A DNA stretch of 50,513 nucleotides from Thermoproteota archaeon (GTDB lineage: Archaea > Thermoproteota > Nitrososphaeria > Nitrososphaerales > Nitrososphaeraceae), in NCBI GenBank assembly GCA_046732455.1, contig JBKPNF010000202.1, positions 1 through 50,513 of the forward strand, given 5' to 3'. Below the pieces are notes generated by a model. The model saw nothing but the letters and a program-made list of their open reading frames with translations, did no database searches and was not told where the DNA came from. This document shows positions 19,698 through 29,397 of this stretch, piece after piece. Both the position numbers and the translations under genes were made by a program. The stretch's first letter is position 1. Every line of letters starts with the position of its first letter.

Positions 19698-19742
19698 GGG
19701 TCGTGTTCTAGATTATTCCTTAGCCTCAAGTGGGGGTTTTGG

Positions 19743-20330
19743 ATGAAAATACTTGTTATCGACAATTACGACTCTTTTGTATACAATCTTGCACAGCTAT
19801 TGGGAGAACTAAGAACTGAACCTATTGTTTTAAGAAATGATAGGGTAACACTAGAAGATGTTGTTAGGTTGGATCCTGATGCGATAGTGATATCTCCAGG
19901 TCCAGGTCATCCTGCGGATCGCAAGTACTTTGGTGTGTGTACAGATGTCATCGGGGAGCTGGGGCACAGGATCCCTATATTAGGGGTCTGCCTTGGACAT
20001 CAAGGCATAGTCCATGCTTTTGGTGGCAAGGTCATCAACGCCAAGAGGATCAGGCATGGCAAAACAAGCCTGATACAATACACTGCTGACAGGCTCTTTG
20101 AAGATGTTGCAAACCCATTCAGGGCAACCCGCTATCATTCACTTGTAGCGGATCAGAATACCTTCCCATCATGCCTTGAAGTGACCGCAAGAGCTCTGGA
20201 TGATGGCGAGATTATGGGCATTAGACATAGGCAATACCTTATGGAAGGCGTACAATTCCATCCCGAGTCTGTGCTCACAGATGAAGGACGAAGGATACTC
20301 CTGAACTTTATATCTATGGTGAAAAAATGA
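19743..20330 (+). CDS. trpG: Anthranilate synthase component II (glutamine amidotransferase)
   Basis: IDNYDSFVYNL, ISPGPG, GVCLGHQ, RYHSL, GVQFHPES. Confidence 0.96.
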   Translation: MKILVIDNYDSFVYNLAQLLGELRTEPIVLRNDRVTLEDVVRLDPDAIVISPGPGHPADRKYFGVCTDVIGELGHRIPILGVCLGHQGIVHAFGGKVINAKRIRHGKTSLIQYTADRLFEDVANPFRATRYHSLVADQNTFPSCLEVTARALDDGEIMGIRHRQYLMEGVQFHPESVLTDEGRRILLNFISMVKK

Positions 20331-21406
20331 CCGTATTGACGGATTTGCAACCAGAATTAAGAAAGCTGGTCTCAAAGACAGATTTATCAGATGCAGAAAT
20401 CACCCACGCGCTTGATGCAATGCTTGCTGCGGCGGTTCCAGACACTGCAGTTGCGGCTTTTCTTGTGGCTCTTGCAATGAAAGGGGAAACACCTATCGAG
20501 CTTAGATCAATTCTTATTTCGTTGAGAAATCACGCGACCAAGATAACTCCTCAGGTAAATGGGCCCCTCATTGATACCTGTGGAACAGGCGGCGACTCAA
20601 AAAAGTCATTTAATATTAGCACTGCAGCAGCCATAGTGGCATCTGCGGCATCTGCCAAAGTGGCCAAGCATGGTAACAGGTCAGCTTCTAGCCTCTGCGG
20701 AAGTGCAGATTTTCTTGAATATATCGGCCTTGATCTGAGTGCCCCACCCTCAAAGATTCAATCTTGTATAGAGAGCATTGGCATAGGATTTCTATTTGCT
20801 CCACTATTCCACCCATCAATAAAAAACGTAGCTTCTGTAAGAAAGACTATTGGAATCAAGACTGTGTTTAACAAGGTTGGACCACTGAGCAACCCTTGTA
20901 CTAACATATCCGGTCAACTCATTGGTGTATTTGAGCCACAACTTCTACAAGTTTTCTCTGAAGTATGCGCAGGGTATGTCAGTGAAGCAATGATAGTTTA
21001 TGCTCACGATGGTTTTGACGAACTATCAAACACTTGCCAAAATGACATCTATTGGATTTCAAGCAGCAATGACACAACAAGAAAGATGCGCCTTCATCCT
21101 AGTGCGGTCGGAATGAAAGTAGCTAAGCCAGAGCAACTGATAGTACATTCAAAAATAGATTCGATTGTGAGCACTCTGCAGGCAGTTTACGGGACGGGTA
21201 GCAGAGAAAAAAAAGACATTGTAATTCTTAATGCTGCTGCCGCGCTTGTAGTAAGCAAAGTTGCCTCCAATCTTAAAGAGGGCGTACAAACTGCAAGTGA
21301 TGTCATAAAGAGTGGTAAAGCGAAGGATAAGCTGTCACAGATGATAAAATATTGTGGGGACTTGGAAAAATTAAAAGAGGCGGAGAAAAAGTTTTCTCTT
21401 CTCTGA
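20327..21406 (+). CDS. trpD: Anthranilate phosphoribosyltransferase
   Basis: DTCGTGGD, FNISTA, KHGNRS, GSAD, DGFDE; ATGA overlap with trpG. Confidence 0.96.
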   Translation: MTVLTDLQPELRKLVSKTDLSDAEITHALDAMLAAAVPDTAVAAFLVALAMKGETPIELRSILISLRNHATKITPQVNGPLIDTCGTGGDSKKSFNISTAAAIVASAASAKVAKHGNRSASSLCGSADFLEYIGLDLSAPPSKIQSCIESIGIGFLFAPLFHPSIKNVASVRKTIGIKTVFNKVGPLSNPCTNISGQLIGVFEPQLLQVFSEVCAGYVSEAMIVYAHDGFDELSNTCQNDIYWISSSNDTTRKMRLHPSAVGMKVAKPEQLIVHSKIDSIVSTLQAVYGTGSREKKDIVILNAAAALVVSKVASNLKEGVQTASDVIKSGKAKDKLSQMIKYCGDLEKLKEAEKKFSLL

Positions 21407-21407
21407 C

Positions 21408-22433
21408 CTAATCGTCCTCTTTTTCTCTTGCTGTCCTTTTCTTTGGTGTTTCGGAGTCACTGTCGTCAATACCCTTTTCATTCACGGTGAATCTGACATC
21501 AGAGTATGGGTGGTATGGCGAGTCAATTATCTTGGCTATTCTGTCGTTGCCAGCCTTGCGCAGGTATATCCTGTAAGTTGATGCATGTCCGATTACGTTT
21601 CCTCCTGCCGGCTTGGTTGGATCTCCAAAGAATGTGTCTGGCGTAGACTGAACCTGGTTCGTAACTATGATCGCCACGTTGTAAATCTCTGCAATTTTGA
21701 CAAGTTTGTGCATGATGCTGTTGAGGCGCTGCTGCCTGTCTGCTAATGTCCCCCTACCAGCAAACTCGGCGCGGTGGAGAGAAATGATACTATCAATTAT
21801 TATCATTTTGGCCTTAAAGTCGTCGATGTATTTGCCCATCGACTTGACTATTAGCTCAAGGTGGCTGCTGTTATAAGCCTTGCATATTGCTACTTTTTTC
21901 AGTATTTCACTTGGGTCCAGACCTCTTGCTCTTGCTATTTGGTCAACTCTTTCCGGTCTAAATGTTCCTTCCGTGTCAATCAATATCGCTCCGCTGCCAA
22001 GCCCTCCTTGCTCTACTGGCTGCTGAGCAGTGACGCATAGAGTATGACATATCTGGGACTTGCCGCTTCCAAATTCGCCGTAAAACTCTGTAATTGCTTG
22101 AGTCTCGATGCCGCCAAGTAGCAATTCGTCAAGGGATTTTGATCCAGTGCTGCAGCGCAAAAGAGACTTTCTCTTTTCAAGCTCAATATCTGCAGTAGTA
22201 AATTCATTGTCAAGTATGCCGCTCTCCCTTAGCAGCTTTTGCGCTGCCATAATGAAGGTAGCAGCAGTTTCTTTTGAACCGCCCAAATCTGTAGCGAGCT
22301 CCTCTGGTATTGCTGTAGCCAGCTCCATAACTGAACTTATTCCTGCTTCCTTCATCTTGCGGGCTGTGGTTGGCCCAATACCTTCGATATCCTCTATCTC
22401 TAATTCAGCTACATTTCTTGACGTACTTGTCAT
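21408..22433 (-). CDS. radA: DNA repair and recombination protein RadA
   Basis: N-terminal HhH, GEFGSGKSQ Walker A, DTEGTFRPER, GRGTLADRQQ; no intein. Confidence 0.97.
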   Translation of the reverse strand: MTSTSRNVAELEIEDIEGIGPTTARKMKEAGISSVMELATAIPEELATDLGGSKETAATFIMAAQKLLRESGILDNEFTTADIELEKRKSLLRCSTGSKSLDELLLGGIETQAITEFYGEFGSGKSQICHTLCVTAQQPVEQGGLGSGAILIDTEGTFRPERVDQIARARGLDPSEILKKVAICKAYNSSHLELIVKSMGKYIDDFKAKMIIIDSIISLHRAEFAGRGTLADRQQRLNSIMHKLVKIAEIYNVAIIVTNQVQSTPDTFFGDPTKPAGGNVIGHASTYRIYLRKAGNDRIAKIIDSPYHPYSDVRFTVNEKGIDDSDSETPKKRTAREKEDD

Positions 22434-22644
22434 TATGTCCTATTCTTTAGAGGAACTATATAATGAATAGTGCACTAAGGGGGGAGGGGGATATATTCAT
22501 CGGGGAATCCCTAGAATATAAGAACATGTCCAGAGGCTTAAGTATACTTTCAGCTTCTCCCCTACTTTTTCGTAATATTGAGACGTTCGTATTAATATAT
22601 GAATCAACCTTAATAAGTTTCTGTGATCTCCAATTGAGGAGACT

Positions 22645-23400
22645 TTGTGTAAATGGCGAGTCAGGATTCCTGATTACGGTATGCAATCTGTACTAAGGAA
22701 TACGAGTGACGGGCTCATTGAAAATAAAGTCAAATTTAATTATCGCGGAAATGAGCATGTTGGTGATGTAATAGTTGATTCAGAGAACGAGAACGATGCC
22801 ATAAATGATGCTATGTATTTAATTGATAAGGCTTTAGGAAGGGTTTGTTTCGCTCATAATATAGAGCCTTCAATGAGCGAAAACGCATCTTATGTGACCG
22901 ATCTTTCAAAAGATACAAGTATGGAGATGATAAGAAAAGGATTACGTGCTCGGTGGAATTATGTAAAAGAGAATCCTCAGATCACATTATCCAATATACC
23001 ATCACTGGACCCAGACAAATTAGAAGTTATGGATTTGGCCTTCGCGTACTATAAGCTTAGTGAATATGATAATCCACTTAGAATTGAATCTCTTTTTAGC
23101 TGTATGACAACCATTGTGCGTAGCCTTCTGGGAAAAAACTATGTTTCAACCTCCGACTTGAAGCAAAAAATAAAAGAAATTCTTAGACAGAGTGATGCTA
23201 CGTTCTCTGAAACTGTGTTCGATAATAACTGGAAGGATTTCTATATAGACGAGAGATGTTCCATTGTCCATGGGTCGGGTAGCAAATTGGTCGACGTTAG
23301 AACATATTCAGCATATGAGAAGATAGCAAATACGGTAGGCTATTGGACAAGGTCAGTCTTGTATCATTATATAGATCAACATAAAAAGCCAAAAAGCTGA
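22645..23400 (+). CDS. Hypothetical protein with C-terminal HEPN-like Rx4H motif (ApeA/MauJ-like)
   Basis: RCSIVHG (23254-23274) in a helical C-terminal half; visibly AT-rich. Start may be 22645 or 22681. Confidence 0.6.
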   Translation: MCKWRVRIPDYGMQSVLRNTSDGLIENKVKFNYRGNEHVGDVIVDSENENDAINDAMYLIDKALGRVCFAHNIEPSMSENASYVTDLSKDTSMEMIRKGLRARWNYVKENPQITLSNIPSLDPDKLEVMDLAFAYYKLSEYDNPLRIESLFSCMTTIVRSLLGKNYVSTSDLKQKIKEILRQSDATFSETVFDNNWKDFYIDERCSIVHGSGSKLVDVRTYSAYEKIANTVGYWTRSVLYHYIDQHKKPKS

Positions 23401-23907
23401 TATTGATAAAGCCGGTCCTCACAGATCAATTATACTACTTGTACTAGGCAAGAGGATAAAATTCTATTTTGTCTTAAACCATCACCTGCTAATCAAGAGA
23501 AACAAATTGTTACTGTCTTGGTCACAATAGGATTCCCTCCAGATTCATCCAACAAACGACAATAAACCATTAACAAGATCATTTGCAACCGGAGGTCTTT
23601 GTCAGTGGTCTCCCCTCATTGGTACCTGATTTCCGCTTGTGGCTCTTTATTTTGTACCGCGATGCGATGTGTCCAAGAAATGCAAGAATAATTTCAACTA
23701 ACTTGTATCATTTGCAATCGAACGATAATCTTTTCTAAATAGGAGCCAAGTTCCTAATTCTTGGTGAAGCGGACCTGTGTATTATCGTTGTATGTCACGT
23801 GTACAAATTGATGAGTCTATTCCTGGGATTTTGCCTATGGATCCAATGCGGCCGAACAATTTCACACCTGGAATATTTTTATATCATTTTCTTTAAGCCA
23901 TATTTCA

Positions 23908-24738
23908 TTGTCGGAGAAGGATTTAGAGTCTCTTGGGTGGGACGATCTCATTGCGCAAAAGCGCCGGCTTACCAGTGAACTCAAAGAGCTGTCGGACAAG
24001 ATTATTGATATTGACAAGAACCAATTCCGTTCGATAGCTAATACCATCAAGGAGCAGAGAAGTATTATTGATGCTCACACCGAGAGGCTAAATCAGATAA
24101 AGTCTGAAGTAGATAGTCGTAACTCTGCGCTTTCCTCTGTGAGCGAAAAGTTATCACAGTCAAAGAACTTTATTTCAATGATGGAGGCTCGGCTTCCTTT
24201 AGATAAGGAAGAGGATTTACAGGTTGTAGTGCAAAAGAATCAGAATATTATTGATGCCAAAGACTACAAGAGCGAACGTGAAAAAAATGAGATTCTCTCC
24301 AGGATAAAGGACGCTGCGATGAAATTAGAGGCGATCAAGGCTACACGTACAATACGAGAGCAATTCTCCAAACTAACACAGGAATCTGCAAATATCAATA
24401 ACGCAATAAAGCAGCTAATAGAAGAGCGGAATGTTCTCCGAAGCAAGATATCTGACATAAATGTCGCGCTAGACAGCTTGTATGAATCAAAAAGAAAGCT
24501 AGCCTCAGAGCATCAATCTTACCTGATAAGATACGACGCGATCGCAAAGCAGTTTGATGCAATTAATGCACGACTTGATTCAATGTCTGAGATGAGGCGC
24601 AAGCAGAGAAAAGAGTATGGCTATGTAGAGCAAAGAGATGCACTTTTCAAAGTAAAGGAAGAAGCAAAGAAAAAGCTCCAAGCAGGATCGAAGCTTAGCT
24701 TTGAAGAGTTGAGGCTTCTATACGGTGAAAAAGACTAA
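23908..24738 (+). CDS. Archaeal coiled-coil protein (COG1340-like)
   Basis: Long heptad-rich, charged sequence ending AKKKLQAGSKLSFEELRLL. Confidence 0.75.
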   Translation: MSEKDLESLGWDDLIAQKRRLTSELKELSDKIIDIDKNQFRSIANTIKEQRSIIDAHTERLNQIKSEVDSRNSALSSVSEKLSQSKNFISMMEARLPLDKEEDLQVVVQKNQNIIDAKDYKSEREKNEILSRIKDAAMKLEAIKATRTIREQFSKLTQESANINNAIKQLIEERNVLRSKISDINVALDSLYESKRKLASEHQSYLIRYDAIAKQFDAINARLDSMSEMRRKQRKEYGYVEQRDALFKVKEEAKKKLQAGSKLSFEELRLLYGEKD

Positions 24739-24781
24739 TACTATTTGCTTGACATGGTACTAGATATATATAGATCGTAAT

Positions 24782-25114
24782 ATGGCGATAAATGATTTTG
24801 CCTTTGCCTGTTCTATTGATGGCTCGATAGTGGGTTATTTTACTTATCATGACAGGACTATGTTAATTGTGCAATCTGAGCAGGAAGCAAAGGCAGGGAT
24901 CAACAGCTTTCTCAGAATCGCAGAACCTTTCATGGAGCCTCTCATTTCTCACGAATCAATTCATGTAATCATAAAAAAATTGGAGGGCGTCGAAGCATCA
25001 GATTCACTTGATGAAGTTGAAGTCATCGTAGAACGGGGTGGAGCAAAACTACAGGTGCCGCTTAATTTTATACACTATTCCCATGACAATTCGGGAATAG
25101 TGCTCCCATTTTAA
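24782..25114 (+). CDS. Hypothetical protein with HExxH motif
   Basis: 110 aa; ISHESIH; TATATATA just upstream. Confidence 0.7.
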   Translation: MAINDFAFACSIDGSIVGYFTYHDRTMLIVQSEQEAKAGINSFLRIAEPFMEPLISHESIHVIIKKLEGVEASDSLDEVEVIVERGGAKLQVPLNFIHYSHDNSGIVLPF

Positions 25115-25145
25115 GAAAAAAATTTGGTGCCTTGGTAGTCGCGCT

Positions 25146-25424
25146 TTATTTTATATCGTCAGAGATTTCGCGCTGGCTTATTGCCATCTCATCGACTCGA
25201 ATTGTTATCTTATACCACTTGTCGTTGTGTTTGAAAATGTGCGCAGAGGCCTTTTTGTTACCGGCAGAGCCGTATCCTCCGACACGCTCGCTCAGCCTGG
25301 ATCGCAGCTTGTCAACTTGATACTGCGCTATCATCAAGTTGCCAATTATGTTCTCTAACTCTAGATCCCGCTCTTCATCTATGTCAGGAACCTGGGGGTT
25401 GTTCTTCCTAGTCTGCATTCTCAA
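25146..25424 (-). CDS. Hypothetical protein
   Basis: 92-aa ORF overlapping the upstream small ORF, protein-like composition. Confidence 0.6.
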   Translation of the reverse strand: MRMQTRKNNPQVPDIDEERDLELENIIGNLMIAQYQVDKLRSRLSERVGGYGSAGNKKASAHIFKHNDKWYKITIRVDEMAISQREISDDIK

Positions 25425-25563
25425 TGTACATCCTGTTTCCTACACTGTAGTGGACCTCATCAATGTAGTACGCAGTGTCGACTACTGGTGACGACAGGTT
25501 TGCACCACACACCGGCACTCCCTCGATTTGCTCTTCTTCCTCTTCACCGATTAGAAGACTCAT
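25408..25563 (-). CDS. Small acidic hypothetical protein (51 aa from ATG 25563)
   Basis: MSLLIGEEEEEQIEGVPVCGANLSSPVVDTAYYIDEVHYSVGNRMYIENAD; in-frame part of track ORF 25408..25650. Confidence 0.5.
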   Translation of the reverse strand: MSLLIGEEEEEQIEGVPVCGANLSSPVVDTAYYIDEVHYSVGNRMYIENAD

Positions 25564-25669
25564 TGAGTAATAGTCAAACACATCAAATAATAACTGATAG
25601 TATGAATGTACTCTAAGACCTAATGAAAGACTACTTTCAGTTAATTGCAATTATTATAAACTCGAACAA

Positions 25670-26428
25670 CTATAAATAATCTGTCATCTTTGTATTAGAT
25701 GTTTCTTTTATCAACTTTGATAAGTTTTTCCTTTCTTGTGATGGCGGTTTTATGCCAGTTATCATTTGTAAAAATTCCAATTCTCGTTGGGTCATGCCCA
25801 GATTCTCAAAATAAATCTGATTGAAGATTATTTTTTGAAATATGTGCTCTAGCTCGACTAGGCGGTTGTAAGCTTTACCGCTAATACAAGCACTATCCTC
25901 CTCAAGCGCCTTAGCTAGGATAGTCTTTTTAAGATTAAGCACACCGCTTGAGATTAGACGATCGAACCTTGAAACGACTTCAAAACGGTCATCTATTCCT
26001 GTATAGCTTATGAGGGTTGTTGGCAAGAACTTGCCGAGCCCTCGGGCAAGTTTTGAATGGTTCTTGTCAAGGACCAATATAGATAGCCCAAAAGCCAATA
26101 TTGCATCTATTATCTGCTTTGGCAGACGCTCATCTAATACGTCATCATCTGACTTGACTTCTACGGGATAAAATCGGATACAGTCTATTCTGCATTTTTC
26201 ATGTCGAGCGAAGTGTTTTAGCAGCTGCGTTCGCACCAGGATATTATCATAGAGACCATAGTCATGTCTGTTCGGTTCCTTTGTCACTGCTGCAATCAAA
26301 AGGTCGAAGCTGCGACAATGTGCCTCCTGAACTATCCTTATTTCAGATGTTGGGATCAGAGTATTGTTGTTGACATGATTTGATCTAAGTGAGCTACAAA
26401 ATAGGGCTTTCAGCTCTCTCTCATTCAT
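25670..26428 (-). CDS. PD-(D/E)xK nuclease-like protein (sce7726-like motif)
   Basis: E..RSFDLL...VEVKSDDDVLDERLPKQI; probable start MNERELK at 26428. Confidence 0.6.
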   Translation of the reverse strand: MNERELKALFCSSLRSNHVNNNTLIPTSEIRIVQEAHCRSFDLLIAAVTKEPNRHDYGLYDNILVRTQLLKHFARHEKCRIDCIRFYPVEVKSDDDVLDERLPKQIIDAILAFGLSILVLDKNHSKLARGLGKFLPTTLISYTGIDDRFEVVSRFDRLISSGVLNLKKTILAKALEEDSACISGKAYNRLVELEHIFQKIIFNQIYFENLGMTQRELEFLQMITGIKPPSQERKNLSKLIKETSNTKMTDYL

Positions 26429-26453
26429 TGCATATGGTTTTTTGCAGCCTGTT

Positions 26454-27284
26454 TTAATGTATTTTGTTCTTCTTCTTTTTGCAAGCATTTTTCATTGACT
26501 TTGCAAAGTTCTGCAGATCAGGCAACAGCATCTTATTGCAAGATGGATCCGATAACTTGTTAATGATCGCACTGCCCACGATGATTGCCTCTGCGCCGGC
26601 AGCTATAATAGATTTGGCTTGAGCTGGTCTGCTTATTCCAAAGCCTACTGCCACAGGGACCTTGACTCCAGCAACCTGCTTAACCTCTCTGATGGTATTC
26701 AGAGTGTATTTCTGAAATGAATTGCGTGCACCTGTTGTGCCATAAACTGACACAACGTATAGGAAGCCGGAGGTACTGGCAACAAGTTTGCGCAGCCTTG
26801 CCTTGGACGTATTTGGCGATACAAGGAAAACGGTCGCAAGGTTAAGCTTTGAAGCTGTTGACGAATATGTATCTCCCTCCTCCACCGGCATATCTGGCAA
26901 GATAAACCCGTCAAGTCCACATTTCTTGGACTGAGCCATGAATTTTTCCACGCCCGCCCGAACAAGTATGTTAGAATAGGTCATTGCAAGCAATGGAAGG
27001 TTTGGATGCTCCTTTCTGACACTTCTTACAAGCTGGAGAGCCTTCTCAGGTGTCATGCCTTTTCTTAGCGCCATGTTTGATGCTGTTTGTATAGTTGGCC
27101 CGTCTGCTATTGGGTCTGAAAAAGGTATGCCGATTTCGATAATGTCGGCGCCGCCTTTCACCAAGGCATTGATTACTTGCTTTGAAGTTCTAGTATCTGG
27201 GTATCCGGCAACTATGTAGCAAATAAGAGCACTTTCTCCTTTTTTTGCCAGCTCAGAGAATTTTTCGGAAATTCTATTTTGCAT
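26454..27284 (-). CDS. trpA: Tryptophan synthase alpha chain
   Basis: IEIGIPFSDPIADGPTIQ, GTTGAR, VGFGIS, IVGSA. Confidence 0.97.
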   Translation of the reverse strand: MQNRISEKFSELAKKGESALICYIVAGYPDTRTSKQVINALVKGGADIIEIGIPFSDPIADGPTIQTASNMALRKGMTPEKALQLVRSVRKEHPNLPLLAMTYSNILVRAGVEKFMAQSKKCGLDGFILPDMPVEEGDTYSSTASKLNLATVFLVSPNTSKARLRKLVASTSGFLYVVSVYGTTGARNSFQKYTLNTIREVKQVAGVKVPVAVGFGISRPAQAKSIIAAGAEAIIVGSAIINKLSDPSCNKMLLPDLQNFAKSMKNACKKKKNKIH

Positions 27285-27285
27285 G

Positions 27286-28500
27286 CTACGTCTTTTTCTT
27301 TCTATTCTTCTTGCTCTTGTCTAGATAATTTTGAACTATCTCCACATCCTTGTCTCCTCTGCCAGAAAGAGTGACTACTATGATGTCGTCCTTGTCCATT
27401 TTCTTGGCAAGCTTCATTGCATACGAAATTGCGTGTGACGGCTCCAGAGCAGGGATTATCCCTTCAAATCTTGACAATGTAAGGAATCCTTCTATAGCCT
27501 CATGGTCTGTCGACGCTGTGTATCTTGCGCGTTTGAGCTCTTTGAGCATTGCATGCTCTGGTCCGACCCCGGGATAATCAAGTCCAGCAGATATACTGTG
27601 GGTCTCTACTACTTGTCCGCACTCATCCTGCAATAGATATGTGAACATACCATGCAAGATACCATCCGAGCCAGCAGTAAGACTGGCTGAGTGCTTGCCG
27701 GATTTGATACCTTTGCCTCCTGCCTCTACGCCGTACAATATGACATCGTTGTTATCAAGGAATGGATAGAATGAGCCTATTGCATTGCTTCCCCCACCAA
27801 CACATGCGACAATAGCGCTGGGTAAGGCTCCCTCGATTTCCCAAATCTGCTGTTTTATTTCTCTCCCAATCACGCTTTGAAAGTCCCTGACCATCATTGG
27901 GTAAGGGTGAGGACCTACCACTGAGCCAATAAGGTAGTAAGTCGTTTTGACGTTAGCTATCCAGTCACGGATCGCCTCGTTTATTGCGTCCTTTAGAGTC
28001 TTGCTCCCAGACTGGACGGGATAAACCTTTGCACCCAAAACGTTCATTCTAAAGACATTCAGCTTTTGTCGCTCAAAGTCTTTAGATCCCATGAATATCT
28101 CTGCAGAAAGGCCAAGCACGGCACATGCTATCGCTGTGCCCACACCATGTTGGCCCGCACCAGTTTCAGCAATTATCCTTTTTTTGCCCATCTTTTTTGC
28201 TAGTAGTGCCTGCCCAAGGGTGTTATTGGTTTTATGGGCTCCGCCATGCAAAAGATCTTCCCTCTTTATGTATATCTTGGCGCCGCCTATATGTTTTGTT
28301 AGGTTCTTCGCAAAGTAAAGTGGAGTAGGCCTGCCAGCATATTCAGTTAGATAATAAGAAAGTTCCTTCTGAAAGTCAGAATCATTCTTGTATTTTTCAT
28401 AGGCGGATTCGAGCTCCTCGACTGCTGGCGCTAAGGTCTCCGGTATGTATTTACCACCATATTTTCCAAATTTGCCACCTACAGGATAGCTGCCTAACAA
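27286..28500 (-). CDS. trpB: Tryptophan synthase beta chain (TrpB1)
   Basis: [14 protein letters not shown] (PLP Lys), [40 protein letters not shown]. Confidence 0.98.
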   Translation of the reverse strand: MLGSYPVGGKFGKYGGKYIPETLAPAVEELESAYEKYKNDSDFQKELSYYLTEYAGRPTPLYFAKNLTKHIGGAKIYIKREDLLHGGAHKTNNTLGQALLAKKMGKKRIIAETGAGQHGVGTAIACAVLGLSAEIFMGSKDFERQKLNVFRMNVLGAKVYPVQSGSKTLKDAINEAIRDWIANVKTTYYLIGSVVGPHPYPMMVRDFQSVIGREIKQQIWEIEGALPSAIVACVGGGSNAIGSFYPFLDNNDVILYGVEAGGKGIKSGKHSASLTAGSDGILHGMFTYLLQDECGQVVETHSISAGLDYPGVGPEHAMLKELKRARYTASTDHEAIEGFLTLSRFEGIIPALEPSHAISYAMKLAKKMDKDDIIVVTLSGRGDKDVEIVQNYLDKSKKNRKKKT

Positions 28501-28548
28501 AGATGAAATATGTGGTATTCAAGGGGATATTTTAAGGGATGTATAATT

Positions 28549-29349
28549 CTATATAGCGTAGTACAAGTCGGAGATCTTCGCAGCAATATCTTGTGCTTGC
28601 ATTACACTTGTTCCTATTAGAAATGCATCAGCCCCTGCGCCCCTTAGGTATCGTATATCTTCCGGAGTACTTATGCCGCTTTCGCTTATTATCGTGCTCT
28701 TGGCCTTGCCAATACTTTTCAGTAACTTCTCCGTATTTTTGACATCTACATGCAAGTCGCTAAGGTTGCGGTTGTTGATGCCGATTAAATCATATTTTGA
28801 TTTGAGTACTTCTTCAAATTCCCGTTCAGTATGAACTTCAACAAGCACGTCTAGGTCTCTTTTTTTTGCATATTCCGAAAGTTTCTCCATACTGTCTTCG
28901 GCAAGGTTCGAGTCAAAGACGGACTTGATAAGCAATACGCAATCCGCACCTACTTTCTTGCCTGCTTCAATTTGGACCATGCTGACAGTAATGTCTTTCA
29001 TCAGTACAGGAACCCTCATCAGCGCTTTCCTAATGGTCGCTAGATATTCAATTGAACCATCGAATAAGGAAGGTTGTGTCAGCACTGAAATGCCAATTGC
29101 GCCAGAGTCTACCATTGTCTTTGCAATGTCCGCCGGCTCTGTCTTGCTTCTTATCTTACCTTGGGAAGGCGAGGAAAACTTTATCTCGGTAATGAGCGGC
29201 GCGTGTACACATGAGCGGATGGCTTTCCTAAGGCTTATTGCATCATGGGTAAATAGTTGCTTTGTTTCATAGGCGCCCTGATCTATTGCTTTGTACGAGT
29301 TATCGACTAAATGCTTTAGGTTAAAATCAGCCCTCACAAATTTACTCAT
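28549..29349 (-). CDS. trpC: Indole-3-glycerol phosphate synthase
   Basis: ITEIKFSSPSQG, ISVLT, LVEVH, GINNRNL, ISESGI. Confidence 0.96.
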   Translation of the reverse strand: MSKFVRADFNLKHLVDNSYKAIDQGAYETKQLFTHDAISLRKAIRSCVHAPLITEIKFSSPSQGKIRSKTEPADIAKTMVDSGAIGISVLTQPSLFDGSIEYLATIRKALMRVPVLMKDITVSMVQIEAGKKVGADCVLLIKSVFDSNLAEDSMEKLSEYAKKRDLDVLVEVHTEREFEEVLKSKYDLIGINNRNLSDLHVDVKNTEKLLKSIGKAKSTIISESGISTPEDIRYLRGAGADAFLIGTSVMQAQDIAAKISDLYYAI

Positions 29350-29397
29350 AGATTAATCCGTGGCAAAGCTCCTAACCTTTACAATTATTAGTAGTGC

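Noticed and set aside
21408-22433. Intein in RadA (also checked in Cdc6)
   Set aside because: Lengths are normal and the Walker A regions are uninterrupted.
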